Assembly (NCBI RefSeq): GCF_006345805.1
Contig: NC_042997.1
Location: 79,484,001 to 79,548,000, forward strand
Reading direction: 5' to 3'
Length of the DNA: 64,000 nt
Source: Octopus sinensis
Taxonomy: Eukaryota
This document shows, piece by piece, positions 35,721 to 48,414 of this stretch. Made by a program: the position numbers and the translations under genes. The notes under the pieces are model-generated. The model saw only the letters and a list, made by a program, of their open reading frames with translations, made no database searches and was not told the origin of the DNA. Each line of letters opens with the position of its first letter. The stretch's first letter is position 1.

Positions 35721-38049
35721 GCCAATCAAACAAGCTTTCTCTAGAATCAACAAATTCATCTCACTACCCTTTATTTTCAACCAACAATTTAAACATTTTC
35801 TATTGTCCCTAAAGTTGCTATTACAAATAGGATGATAAATTTACAACAGTTCTAAATTTTCTGAATCGCATACTTTAGATCCTGGTACTTTGTTCTTTTC
35901 TTAGTTTTTCTTTGTCCATTACTCTAGTATCAAACGAGCACGCAACATTGATTTAATAACACAAATTTTCATTTTCATTAAATATAACAATATCTGGGCG
36001 ATAATGTTCCGTACGGTCATCCATTTAAATCTTCGTATCCGTTAATGCATTTACATAGCCACTTTTCGGGATACGTTTGGCTTTATGGTCATATAATCTT
36101 CCGTACGCTCAAATCCAAAATTTGTACAAACTCATATGCATCTTTCATTCAATGGCTCCATGCCAATCGTCTCTTCTCTTTCACCACCCAAGATAATATA
36201 ACCGAAATGTCTTCTTTATTTACATTCTTCTTGCTCTATCTCGTTCTGATTGCTTGAGTATGCGCAGGTGATATGACGCCCATTGTTTCTTACTTCAAAA
36301 CTATCTTCTATGTCCATTAGAATGATACCATATTTTGATACTCCACTATTTTGATGAAAAGAAACTTATCCGGTAAACTTTTCGGTTTATATCGTTACTT
36401 TCTAGTTTTGAGGACATTACTGTTTCTTTTTCATTCTTTGATATAATATCTCTCCTACTTTACTGTGAACTAAATCACATCTGTTAGAAACTTATTCCAC
36501 AAACTCTCCCACTACTCATAAGCACTATTATTGATGTTATTTTGTGATTGTTGTTAATATCATGATTTATTTATTCTCTTTGTGAAGTGTGTTGGACTAA
36601 ACGTATTGAAGGCGTCAGGATCAATTTATCTTTTATCCCTTCTGGGTCAATAAAACAAATGCATTAATATACTGAATCTGGTTGAATCGACTGTTTTTCT
36701 CCGTTACAAGAATGTTATTTTGCTTTCGGAAAAATCGTTACGATTTTATTACCCAAAAAATTACTTATTTATGTCTTTGAATCACGATTTAAGTCCAAAT
36801 TTCTTCCAAAAATAGAATAGATTTGTTTAAGCTATACCAGAGATTTGTTTGTTAGAATCGAGCTGCGCAAATAACTTAAACAGAGAATTTTGTTCGCTAA
36901 AAACATGACTAGCCTTCAGCAAAATTGTAACCAAATATCATTTCAATAAAATTGATGCAAGGTATTACATAGCAGTTTTCTGAGTGGCACTAACTAATTA
37001 TGCTGCAAAGTAAAAGAAAACGAACGTGATTTTATCTTTAGTGTATATACCGTTATCAAAATTAGTGGTTTCTTTTCATGTAGACAATAAGGAGACAAAA
37101 TATGATATAAGATGTTAGGAAAATAGGTTAAATGAGAGCGTAAATCGGGACACAGACTCAGTTTACTGAAGATTACTTCAAGTTCTTTGTTGTAAGGCAA
37201 TAACAACAAGAACGCCTCATATTCACACATAGTTGTAAGAAAAATATCGTTAATTGAGTGGATCCTAGCCTTTATTTTATCAGAGATAAACGTCGCTGGA
37301 AAGAGTTAATTATTGTTAGACAATAATTAAATACGACGGTTTATAGTAGTATCTGTTATTTCATTAACCTGTTTGGATGATATTCAACTCGGTTTATGGT
37401 TCGAACGAACGGTCATATAATGAATAGTATCATACTGAAGCTACTGTGCTATCCAAGCAATAGTAAAAGCAACCTGGAGTTTCTAGTAACTGTGTCGTGC
37501 TTATAATAATTCTTTCTTTCTGTTATAGGCACAAGGCCTAAAACTTGGTGGGAGAGGAGCAGTCAATTATAACGACCTCAGTGCTCACCGCCTTTGTCAT
37601 GCTTATAATGATATAAGAAAAATGTGATTCAGATATATTACAATCTTTATAGATGACAATTTTTGACTAATGACATCAAAATTAGATTTGTTGATGAACA
37701 TTTTAGCAACCGAGATATTATGGTTCTTCTATCGTAGATGATCGCTATATTGATTATTTCCTGATAGATATCAAATAGATATCATTTATGATGAGATGTG
37801 CAAAACAGAGGCAGAATTCTATCGGCGGTAAAAGAGGTTTGATAATTAGACTGTTGAAATTAGTAGAAACACTAGTTCATAGTTAAGTTCACTTTCAAGC
37901 TTGAGATATTTCGATTTGGGAAAATCGGGGTTCTTCTATTTGTTACTTCAGTATGATTATGGAGCATACTAGTGTGAAGACCTCAAGTTTCAGACTACAG
38001 CTTCTTAAAGTAAAAAAAAAAAACCTTGCCTTTAAAAACAAAGTAAACT

Positions 38050-38560
38050 ACAACAGCGACAGCAAACTTATGCATGGATCTTGGCAGTTCTCATATATAT
38101 AAAGTGGGAAGATCTAAATACAATACTGCAGAAAACTAGAGATGAGTTAGCAATTCTTTTCCACGGAGCCAGTTTGACGAAAATGAGAGTGAAATACAAA
38201 AGCTATCTCTCACAGTCAAGGCAGCACATGGAGAAGCCTGTCTTAAAAAAGTAATGAACAGAACTTATAGCCTGAATGTAACGGTTTGCTGATTTGGGGC
38301 GATTCGTGCTCCTTCTATCAGTAACTGCAAGGAACTGAGAAGGAGTTTATGGTTGAGGGCAGAACAAGATGTGACATGTGTGGTGCTGAAGGCTACTTCA
38401 GAGCTTTCTTTCCTCACCAAAAGACAGAGGAGAGGGGGTCTCCACTGCTGCCAATACTACAGCACCAACAACAGCGGCGTACAGCAGTATCATCAGCGAC
38501 AGAAAGATCAGCTATGGCAACAACGAACTAACAACAACAAATCCAAATCCCGTCACCCCG
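38050..38560 (+). pseudogene. Relic of L1/Tx1-type ORF1 zinc knuckle
   Basis: VEGRTRCDMCGAEGYFRAFFP aligns to VEGRAPRCYKCGMRGHIRAYCP at ~63805-63867. Confidence 0.55.
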
Positions 38561-39327
38561 GAAAATATCTAACCTAATTCACTCTCTCTCTTTTTCTCTC
38601 TCTTTTTCTCTCTCTCTCTCTCTCTTATTTCCCCCTCTCCCCACTCCTTCAAGCAAACACACACACATGAACACATATGAAAACATACTAAATATCATCT
38701 TGTGAGGAGGTGGAGCAACACCCAACAAAGAAAGACAAAAAGTTTTTAAAAAAAAAGTTACTCTCTCAGCGAACTACAAAATCTCGACAGCATTATCCAT
38801 AAATCCACACCACCATCTCCAACAGCCATCTTAACAAAAGGAAGGCACACATAGGAGTAGAACCAGCAAAGAGACACGCTGACAACAACAACAATAACAA
38901 CAAAATCTGTGGTATTGAGCAGAACATTTGCTGTAGCTCATCTTTTGTACCAAGACAAAACATGCACATATGTGATGCACGCTGTAAAGGCTTTTGTTGT
39001 AAGAGAATTTCAACGATGTATGAGACTTTCACTAATATTAGTATGTGAGTTTACAAAGTCGATTCCAAAGCTCCAGGAAAAAGCAACAAAGAAAATATCG
39101 ATAGTAATAAAAAAAGAAGAAAAGGAAGAAAGAAAGGCAGAAAAAAGGTAAAACGGAAGTATATGAAAACGAATCAAGAAAAACTGAAGAGAAGAATAAA
39201 CTTGGAGTTGTATCTAACGGAAATAGTTTTTACGAAGACCCTGTGAGATCTCTGACAACAGGGTGCTGTCCACTCTCACAGAATCAAACAGAGCAAGACC
39301 GAGAGCTCTGAAAGGTAAAATAATAAT

Positions 39328-40019
39328 AACAAAAGTATTCAGAGAACGCAAAACTCCGCCAAGGCAACACCAATGTCATCTCAACGATTAGCCAGAAGTG
39401 ATTTTTAAAATGAGAATATCTGAAATAAACTGGACTTACAAATGAGAATACTAAAATGAATCCGACCGCTCTCAAATAGAAAAATAATCCAAATATACTA
39501 TATTGAGTGAGAGGTGAAAAACTTATACAGTGAAGAGAGAAGTAGTGAGAGTAATAGCTATGACTTGGAGGGAGTGAGTGAAAGTAACCACAATGAGAAA
39601 GACGAAGCGGAGTTGCAAAGAGAGCGTCGTATGAATGAGAAAGGAAATGGTGATAGCTGAATAACGAAAGGAATGAAAAAGCTGATAAATGACGTTTGGA
39701 GTGTGTGTAAAAGAGAGGTATGTTTGCGTGCGTGTGTGTGTGTGTATACAATGGAAATAGATGGAAATGTTCAACGCTGAAAATGTGTGAATATATGCGT
39801 GTGTGTACGTGCGTGTACAAAAGAACTATGTGAAACTTTGCATATACATGTAAAGAAAATATTTTAAAAATCGGAAAAATAATCCAGGATCCTTGTCTGG
39901 GACTGGATCGATCCCAAAATCTAATAAGAATCTTTCCAGCGGTTCTTGAGATATCTTGTCCACGGACAAATAAACAAACAAACACGGTTGAAAACAATAC
40001 CTCCGCCTTCGCTAAGGCG

Positions 40020-40025
<6 letters not shown>
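39328..40025 (-). mobile_element. Helentron-associated non-autonomous element (HINE/DINE-1-like)
   Basis: Terminal hairpin around ctccgcc/ggcg at 39999-40023, (GTTT)n tract, subterminal ttggcggag at 39353-39361 followed by tttgcgttctctgaatacttttg; sits in (AAT)n. Confidence 0.75.
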
Positions 40026-40080
<55 letters not shown>

Positions 40081-40081
<1 letters not shown>

Positions 40082-40378
40082 TAAAGTCGAGAAATATGAC
40101 AGGCTAACTTGGTAAGTTAAGCAGTTTTGGTCAATGAAAAAGGTAGTGGTAGTACCAATAATTGTCGGAGCCCTGGGAACAATGAGCAAAAATCTCGAGA
40201 AGTACGTGGAAAATATAGGGGCTGCAATAAGGGTGCAGCACTTGCAGAAAATAGCACTGCTTAGAACTGCTCGAATAATCTGGAAGGTGCTTGAAATATA
40301 AGAGGTGTTATCTTAGTTCACTGGTAGTGAACAGCTGACATTGTAGTTTATCTCCAGCGTTAGAAGCTGTGCAAAGGC
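40081..40378 (+). mobile_element. R4/Dong family B 3' fragment
   Basis: Homologous to ~22915-23180 with the same terminus gctgtgcaWaggc|aat; (AAT)n on both sides. Confidence 0.9.
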
Positions 40379-40414
<36 letters not shown>

Positions 40415-40415
<1 letters not shown>

Positions 40416-40752
40416 GTGGGGGAGCATCATAGCCATGTGTTGAGAGGGATTCTTTGGGGTTTGAATAATTCACCTCTGGAAACATGGGTGGTTCTTTCAA
40501 CATCCTTAAACAACCCTTATTCAGGGACCTTTTGAGCGGGATGGGCTACTCAACCTGAAGAAAATTCTAACTGGGCCCCACCTGCAAGGTCATGTGCTGT
40601 TTATCTTGATATAAAATCACCATGTCGCGCACATATGGTTGTGATGCATGTGCCTGGTGTACCTTTATCAGACGGGTAGTCATGATGGGTATATTGGGCT
40701 TCGTATATTTTACCCCAGTGTCACTTTGATGGCATGCACTGCTCTCTCACTC
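40415..40752 (+). mobile_element. 5'-truncated copy of the 560-bp (AAT)n-inserted repeat
   Basis: Colinear with 19461-19798 (both 338 bp); flanked by (AAT)n. Confidence 0.88.
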
Positions 40753-40779
40753 AATAATAATAATAATAATAATGATGAT

Positions 40780-41310
40780 TTTGCCACAAGTGCAGCAATG
40801 TTGCGGGAGGGGATTAGTCGATTACATCGACCCCAGTGTTCAACTGGTACTTATTTTATCGACCTCGAAAGGATGAAAGGCAAAAACGACTAAATCTTTT
40901 TACTATAGGCACAAAGTGTGAAATTTTAGTTGAAGGCAGTAGTCGATTACATCGACCCTAGTGCTTGAATGTACTTTATTTTATCGACAGTGGAAGGATG
41001 AAAAGCAAAGTTGACCACGAATTATTTTAAGACACAAAGTAAAGAGCGCAGAACAAATACGGTAGAGCATCCTAATGAACGATTCTCTCAGACTAATATT
41101 CCCTTCTAATATAGGCACAATGCCTGAAATTTTGCTCAGCAAGTGCTTAACTGGTACTTATTTTAACGACCCCGAAAGGATGAAAGGCAAAATCGACCTT
41201 GGTGGAATAATTCTTTTACTATCAGCGCAAGGTTTGAAATTTCAGGACGAAAAGAAGGACGAAATACCGCTAAGCATTTCGTCCAGCGTGCAAACGATCC
41301 TGCCAGCTCC
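40780..41310 (-). mobile_element. Cluster of three tRNA-derived SINE fragments
   Basis: Three repeats of gaaggatgaaaRgcaaa cores with aggcacaa tails. Confidence 0.8.
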
Positions 41311-42769
41311 CCATCTTTTTATCAGAAATAACAATAATCGGTTCTTCATTGTCATAATGCCTACCATGCCTAACAAATATAATTGAGGAATGGTAAGATG
41401 CATTTAAATGTAGGATTGTGTGCATTCTATAATATATAAAGCTGTTGATTCACCGGCTTGGAGCCATCACAGAGGGAGAGTTTTCTTACATGCATCAATG
41501 CAAGTCAGAGTGTAACAAAACAACAATCCTAAATACGAAAACACTGTAGCAACAAATATCACACTGATAGAATGATGCTATTAATTTGGATGCCTGTATA
41601 TCCTTCAAGATAAATCAAATCGAATTGAACTTTTGAGATACATACCTCGTGGTTTTCAGATTTCTGATATATGTTTCTTTTTGTCTTCTATAAATTCTTT
41701 CACCGGCGCTCTTTTGTGCTGGAAAAACTCTTTTGATAAATATAGGTTTCTTTTTTTCTTATCTTTCTTCTATTTGTATGTATATTAAATAAAGTGTCAC
41801 AAATTCATTTATTTTTCTACTTTTACGTTACCTGTTACGTAACGGTATTTTTTTGTGAAACCATAAACGTGCTCACTACCGACAATACATTTATAATATT
41901 TGGAACAATATTTAAGAAACGGATCTATTGTCTCTTTGAATGAAAGAGTGATTATTCAATTTGAAGAGTTTTTAAAAACTTTTCCATTAAAGATTGGTTT
42001 TAAAAAATTTTTTGCGACGTTCTTTTGTATTAGCACTCTTTTGTCGCTCGTTCTATCTCTAATACGTTCTTTTGTCTAACTCGCTTATTTCAATGTAATC
42101 ATTTGCCCTAGTCATGATTGTTATTCTCACCCAGCTTTCAACAAATTTATTGAAAAGCAACACCTTCCTCTCCATCCCCACCTTCCAAAAAGTCAGGGGG
42201 ATGGTCGAAGAAGAAAGAAGTATTCAGTCTTTTTCGTGGCTCTCATCATGTTTTCGTCATAGTAAAAAAAAAACATAGGAAAACCACCCTCTTTTACCTG
42301 TTCAAAAGAAGCTGGTGGGCAATCTTCATTATGTACTTAGCAGATAAACAAATCCCTCCTACACAAAACAACAACTGTTCGACAAAATACCACAAGACAA
42401 CTGGAGCAAACGATTGCGTGCACAACAGTGTATCGTGCCCTCTGCGCAGAGATTTTGGTAGCAGATGGACCGCCTGACTTGTAGAACACAATATTTCCAC
42501 AAAAAGTAAAAGAGCAAACTTTCTGATCTTGTTAGGCGAGAACTGAGGCAAGTTATGACAGTGAAGCTGAAATATATAGCTGGACTGAGCCAAACCCCAA
42601 GCAACATAACTTGTCCGTCGGTCCATCGCCTTATATTAAATATGTTGTACTGCCAAGCTAGTTCACTATAAATACCACCAACATTTTCGGTTGATCTTTC
42701 TTTTTTCTTTTCAAAAGCCGTTTTTGTGTTGTTTAAGTATACGTAATATAAAGAAAGGAATCTAGCGCC

Positions 42770-43430
42770 TTACATGGAGTTCTTACTCTCGTTTCACCAA
42801 CTTAATTGGCGTAACCCCACCAATCTACCCAGCTTCATACAGTTTTAAAAAGCTACTAACCGTCTTGATATTCGTTATGTGCAGCACATTATAGTGACTT
42901 CGTCTGCATACACCGACAAGTGTTTCACAAGTCCCAGATCAAAAAGGAAACTTATGAATATCTGCAATACCAATGGCTCCTGAGTCAGAACAAACAGAAG
43001 AACAGAGAAAGAGCATCCTTGATAGTCCGAGCGTGTGATTCGATAAGTGACCATATAATCTGGCCATCGCAGATATGCCGTTGTACATTGAGGTCATTCA
43101 TTCTCAGAAAACGAGACTGAGATTCTTTTCTCTGAGGAGAGGTACACTCTAACGAGTATCAAATAGCGAAGCTTGCCATTGATCAAAATTTATCAAGGCC
43201 CCACCGAAATCAGCTTTGTTATTTGCCCTTTCTATCATGTATCGCATGAGGTAAAATTATCGTAGATATTTTCCTGAGCTCCAATGTCTGCTGCATTCCA
43301 GTCATCCACTGACGACTGGTAACTGATGGTTTTGGGGTCTTGTTGTTTGTAACTTTTGGTGAGCCATGGTGCAACCAACAACATGGTAAAAATTCTTGCC
43401 ATTAATTTGGTGTGGATGGGTAATATCAAA
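42770..43430 (-). pseudogene. L1/Tx1 RT relic
   Basis: Broken fragments ENIYDN / LMRYMIERAN..GGALINFDQ and YQGCSFSVLLFVLTQEPL. Confidence 0.7.
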
Positions 43431-43554
43431 TAATTCAATCAGAACATATACTTAAATTAAACATGAAAAAATTGAAATATTATCTTTTAGTATTTTATAA
43501 GGTAAAATCTTAGATTATTAATTGACTCGTTATTAATTATCTTATAACAGCAAT

Positions 43555-44099
43555 GCCTGGAAAAATCATGGATTACATGGAAAAATGCGAGCATGAAAAG
43601 TCAAATTCTTCAGATTATAAATCTGGAAATGTACAGGATAAGTTATTACACCTGTAAAAGTATAGGACAAGTTATTATTTCTAGTAAAGTAAAGAATAAG
43701 AAACTTTTTACTTAAAATATTGCAGCTAAAATTAAAATTTGAATATTAAAACTTATTTTATTATAGTTTATAAATAACACTATACTTATTTAAGTAGAAT
43801 TTGGCTAATTTACTACCTTAAATACAGGAAAAAGTGACTAATTAGACAAACTTACAAATTAGCTGAACAGTTTTATACAATAAATTTAAAAGATGAGAAC
43901 TGTAAAGAGTGATAAATTAGAAGAAATGGCATTCTTAATATTTTAAGTAAACAGTTTCTTATTCGTTACTTTACTAGAAGTAATAGCTTGTCCTATACTT
44001 TTACAGGTGTAATAACTTGTCCTGTACTTTTCCAGGTTTATAATCTTAAGAATATGATTTTTTGTGCTCGCATTTTCCCATGTAAATAATTTTCTCGGT
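43555..44099. mobile_element. Foldback-type MITE with ~149-bp TIRs
   Basis: 43573-43721 is the inverted repeat of 43937-44085; TIRs carry an internal direct subrepeat gtaYaggaYaagttatta. Confidence 0.8.
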
Positions 44100-45499
44100 T
44101 ATATATCTTCTGGCCAGCAACTATTCTAGAAATACATAATATACCCACAATTAAATTTATTTACTTTAATATAAACCTTGTAAAGTCATAGGAAATGAAT
44201 GCGATATTAAAAGAATATCATGGTAACTCTGAAAAACAAAGAACATAATCCAACTTTAAACCTCTTTTAAACATTTTAAACATTTTTCTACAATTTTTCT
44301 TGAACAAGTGAATAACAAAATCAGGATCAGCGTGAAAAATTACATCAAAATATCGAATTTGAAAATTTCTACTAAATTTTAAAATTTCAAAAACTGTGAC
44401 AGCAACAACATATCCGTTAAAATCCAAATTGAATGCGGAAACAGTATGAAAGTAACCAACTTGAGGACAGCATCACTAATAAGGTATGGAGCAGGAGCTA
44501 TATCATGCATAAAGAATTAGGCGAATTTTTTGTTCAGTTTGTTCACTTTATATGTTAATTGTTTGCTTCAATGATTCGTTTCTTTAGAAACTATTGCAGC
44601 AAGAAGTGTAAAAGTGTAAATAATAACAAAACAAAAGAAAATTGTGTATTTTGAAAAGTTTGTAATTTTATCTCATCAGAACGCTATTCCATTTCTTTTC
44701 AGAGTAAAAGATACTTATTGAGCCATGACTATCCTTAAAAAGATGTTAACAAAAAGAACAGCTGACGAAATGCGTTTATGTCAATTAATTTTAAATATTA
44801 ATGAGTTACGATACTTAATAGGGCAAAGTAAAACGTGAAGAGTAATGCCCTGATTTCATTTGGTAATATTTCGTTTATTTCTTCAGCTTTTGTGAAGAAA
44901 TGAGAAAGTGAGGTGCACATTAAATGTAACACTACTTTATATCCTTTTAAGCAGAAAAAAACACAGATTTTAAAAAAGGAAAAGGAAGAGAAAAACAGCT
45001 TTGAATGGTCGGAATGCACCGGAGAAGCTAAAGTAAAAGAATAAGGTAAAGTAAACAGATTCAATTATCCACATGCTTTATAGCACACCACCTGTCCAAT
45101 GGATATTTTTAGAGAAATATACTCCCTTGTAAGCATTCAGGCCAGGTCTTCAGACCGACTCGAACTTCCTCATTGTCGCCAGTCTTGTTGGCCTTGATGT
45201 AGGACAAAGGCGGTGTTGTTTCTCTCCTGATGATAACATAAAAATGCGCATTATTTATAAGGTTTTTTGATATATTGCCATTTGTACAGGACTTTAACAA
45301 GACAGTCGGTAAGCAGCTGTTTATATATATATACAATTGATTTGTAGCATGTAGCAATCAACTTGACATCTGTCATTTGAACTCTAACTTCCCGCTTGTT
45401 TTCTTTATGTTACTGCCTCTATAATGTGAAGTGTCTACTGACAATTAGCAAGGTAATATAATCTGAAACTGAATATGTAGTCAAAATAAATAGCTATGG

Positions 45500-45960
45500 A
45501 TGAAAGATAGAGCAACAAAAGGTGCTCTGTTATTAAGATGATAAACTGGAAGTAATAAAAAAAAACATGAAAGTGATGGCGACAAAACAAGAATAGAGGC
45601 GAACCTTAAGAGTGACTGAAGTCAACAGTGTGAACAGTTAAAAGAAATATAGATGATTATTAGGATGTTTAAAAAATGATCAAAAATAGAAGTTAGAACA
45701 AATATTCAGTGTTGATGAAACAGACCTATTTCCGAAAAGAATATCTCCAGAAACATTTTATTTTCGTCTAAGAAAGTAAACCTCACAACACTGTTTGGGA
45801 GGAAATATTAAAGGTGACTTTAAATTAAAACCTCAATGTATGTGTCCGCGCACAGAACACTATTTAAAGGCTAAAATAAGCAATCTCTTTCATTATTTAG
45901 GCATTGTACCAAGAAAGAATGATTTCTCCAAAGTACTTTTTAAACACTGGTGACAGAAAC
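45500..45960 (+). pseudogene. pogo/Tigger transposase relic
   Basis: QIFSVDETDLFPKRISPETF and CLGGNIKGDFKLKP match Tigger DDE motifs. Confidence 0.75.
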
Positions 45961-46011
45961 ATTTTGAAAAGCGAAAGATGTTTGAGAATTTTATTAATTT
46001 TACATAATACC

Positions 46012-46244
46012 TATTTCTTTATTACCCACAAGGGCTAAACACAGAGGGGACAAACAAGGACAGACATAGGTATTAAGTCGATTACATCGACCCCAGTGCG
46101 TAACTGGTACTTAATTTATCGACCCCGAAAGGATGAAAGGCAAAGTCGACCGCGGCGGAATTTGAACTCACAACGTAACGCAGACGAAATACCGCTAAGC
46201 ATTTCGCCCGGCGTGCTAACGTTTCTGCCAGCTCGCCGCCTTTC
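46012..46244 (-). mobile_element. Young tRNA-derived SINE with 15-bp TSD
   Basis: 5' ggcggcgagctggcagaaacgttagc, B box gagttcaaattcc; attttacataatacc duplicated at 45997-46011 and 46245-46259. Confidence 0.92.
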
Positions 46245-46934
46245 ATTTTACATAATACCGATAATTTTACTATAATTTTACATAATACCGATGGTCATCT
46301 GACTGCACTGAGTAATTAGCAAGAAAATGTTAAAATCGTTTTATACCCTCAATACGACAGCCCTTTTACAAACAATAGACCAAAGGGTGATCACAGCTTT
46401 TAAGTTTTATTTTTAAGAAAGAACTCATTACACAAGCAAATAAGTTACGATTGATTTGAGTGAAATTCTGGCTGAATACTGGAAATAATTAAATATAAGA
46501 GACATCATTGAAAATATTCATGAGTCATATGATTTATTTGGAAGCTCATCATATGAGTTATTTGGAAGCATGTTTTATCTCATATTAATGTTTTGTTTAT
46601 TTCTCACTTTCGTAAAATCAATGAAATGCTTTACTCATTTTCCATATCAATCTGCAGCCATCCTATATAAATTTTCCCTTCACAGCGTCAATTCTCTGTC
46701 AAACATGCATACGCCATATCAATAAGTAAAAGGCGCACGAAAATATAGCATTTATCCCCATACAAATGGTATGTTGTTCTTAGTGAAGCCGGGTATCGAC
46801 CCCAGAAGGTCAAAAATTTAAAGTTGACATTGGTGAGATATAAATCTATAACGTAGAGCGTTGCTCCTTTGTTGTGACGATTCTGCCAGCTCACTGCCTT
46901 CATATAATAATTATAACACACACACACACACACA

Positions 46935-46980
<46 letters not shown>

Positions 46981-47168
46981 CTTTATCTACCTACCATTTT
47001 AATGTGGCCAAATTAGTGGATCATTCATTCTTCTCCGTGCGGCAATGTAAATAATCGCAGGTAGTTGGACTTGAGGATTAGCTAAACTGTTTTTTCACGT
47101 ATTAGAAATTATGAAAAGCCTAGGTTTGAAACATATATAGTCATTACTTTATCATTCCCTACATTCTT

Positions 47169-47218
<50 letters not shown>

Positions 47219-47261
47219 TATTTACATTTGACGGATATTTGTCCTCATCTTGTTTGTTGTT

Positions 47262-47307
47262 AACACAACGTTTCGGCTGATATACCCTCCAGCCTTCATC
47301 AGGTGTC
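47262..47307 (-). ncRNA. Minimal type-I hammerhead ribozyme motif (Penelope/retrozyme type)
   Basis: Minus strand GACAC-CTGATGA-A-GGCTG-gagggtatat-CAGCC-GAAA-C-GTT-GTGTT: stem I 5 bp, stem II 5 bp, palindromic ACGT stem III, GUU cleavage triplet. Confidence 0.8.
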
Positions 47308-47354
47308 TTGGGGAAATTTCGAACCTGGGTTCTCATTCCTAAGGTATTTTTCGA

Positions 47355-47436
<82 letters not shown>

Positions 47437-47779
47437 TTCCTTCTTTCTTAGAATTTTCTTCCGTTTCTCGCCGAGTATTTTCCGTACACTATGGGCAGAG
47501 AAGCTCATTGTATGCATTCCCAGATTACATATGCAAATTCACAGGCAAAATGTGTATTAAAAAATTAATAAACAAATAAATTCATGAATGGATGTTGTTT
47601 TCACGGCGATAATGCTCTTCTCAGTACACGAACCGTTCCAGTTAACACGATTTTTTGCACTTCCAGTAGGGATGGTAAGCCTGGTATCATTTTCAAATAG
47701 GTGTCAGTACCTTTTTTTATCATTCCCAGAGCTGCCACATTTTTCAATTTCTATTAGCAAGTCTTTATATTTACTGATC

Positions 47780-47780
<1 letters not shown>
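47437..47780 (-). mobile_element. R4/Dong family F 3' fragment nested in (AAT)n
   Basis: Reverse complement of ~30287-30661; (TTA)n at 47357-47436 and 47781-47857. Confidence 0.9.
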
Positions 47781-47821
<41 letters not shown>

Positions 47822-47857
47822 GTTATTATTATTATTATTATTATTACTATTATTATT

Positions 47858-47938
47858 CAAGTCACTACCTGGAATCGAACTCGGAATCTTGGGGTTAGTA
47901 GCCCGGGTTCTTAACCACTACGCCATATGTCCGTGGGC
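47858..47938 (-). promoter_or_regulatory. tRNA-like Pol III SINE head (A and B boxes)
   Basis: A box TGGCGTAGTGG (47925-47915) and B box GAGTTCGATTCC (47882-47871), 32 nt apart; partial anticodon arm GGG-CTACTAA-CCC; no acceptor stem. Confidence 0.8.
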
Positions 47939-48356
47939 ATTTTAGATTTTGTTGGAGTCTCTTTCTATCATCATCTCTGGTTATTTTCCTAAGTAATAAA
48001 GATAACCTCTCTTTGATTTCGTTATTTAGATGTTAAGAGCGCGGGCTACTAACCACAACATTATCGACCATACATTCTTATTGTACATGCGTAATGTGTT
48101 TGCCGGTAGGTTGCGATTTTATGTGATGGCGATAACTCTCTCAAACCGCGGGTACTAAAGCACCCGAAAGTCATGGATAGGATCGGCGGGACAACTCACA
48201 CCGAATCCCATTCAGGAATGATGGACATCGATGTTTCAGCATTTTTGTGGCTTATTAACATCACGTACCCGAACCGAATAGGAGGTGAATCATACCGCCA
48301 TTCCAGGGGTTATATTTATGTAGTGTAAAAACTTAAGTCGATGATATACATACATC

Positions 48357-48369
<13 letters not shown>

Positions 48370-48414
<45 letters not shown>

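Noticed and set aside
38340-38580. Host coding exon
   Set aside because: Better explained as a decayed L1/Tx1 ORF1 knuckle homologous to 63805-63867
47858-47938. Functional tRNA-Ser(ACT) gene
   Set aside because: No acceptor stem, incomplete anticodon stem, no long variable arm; behaves as a SINE head
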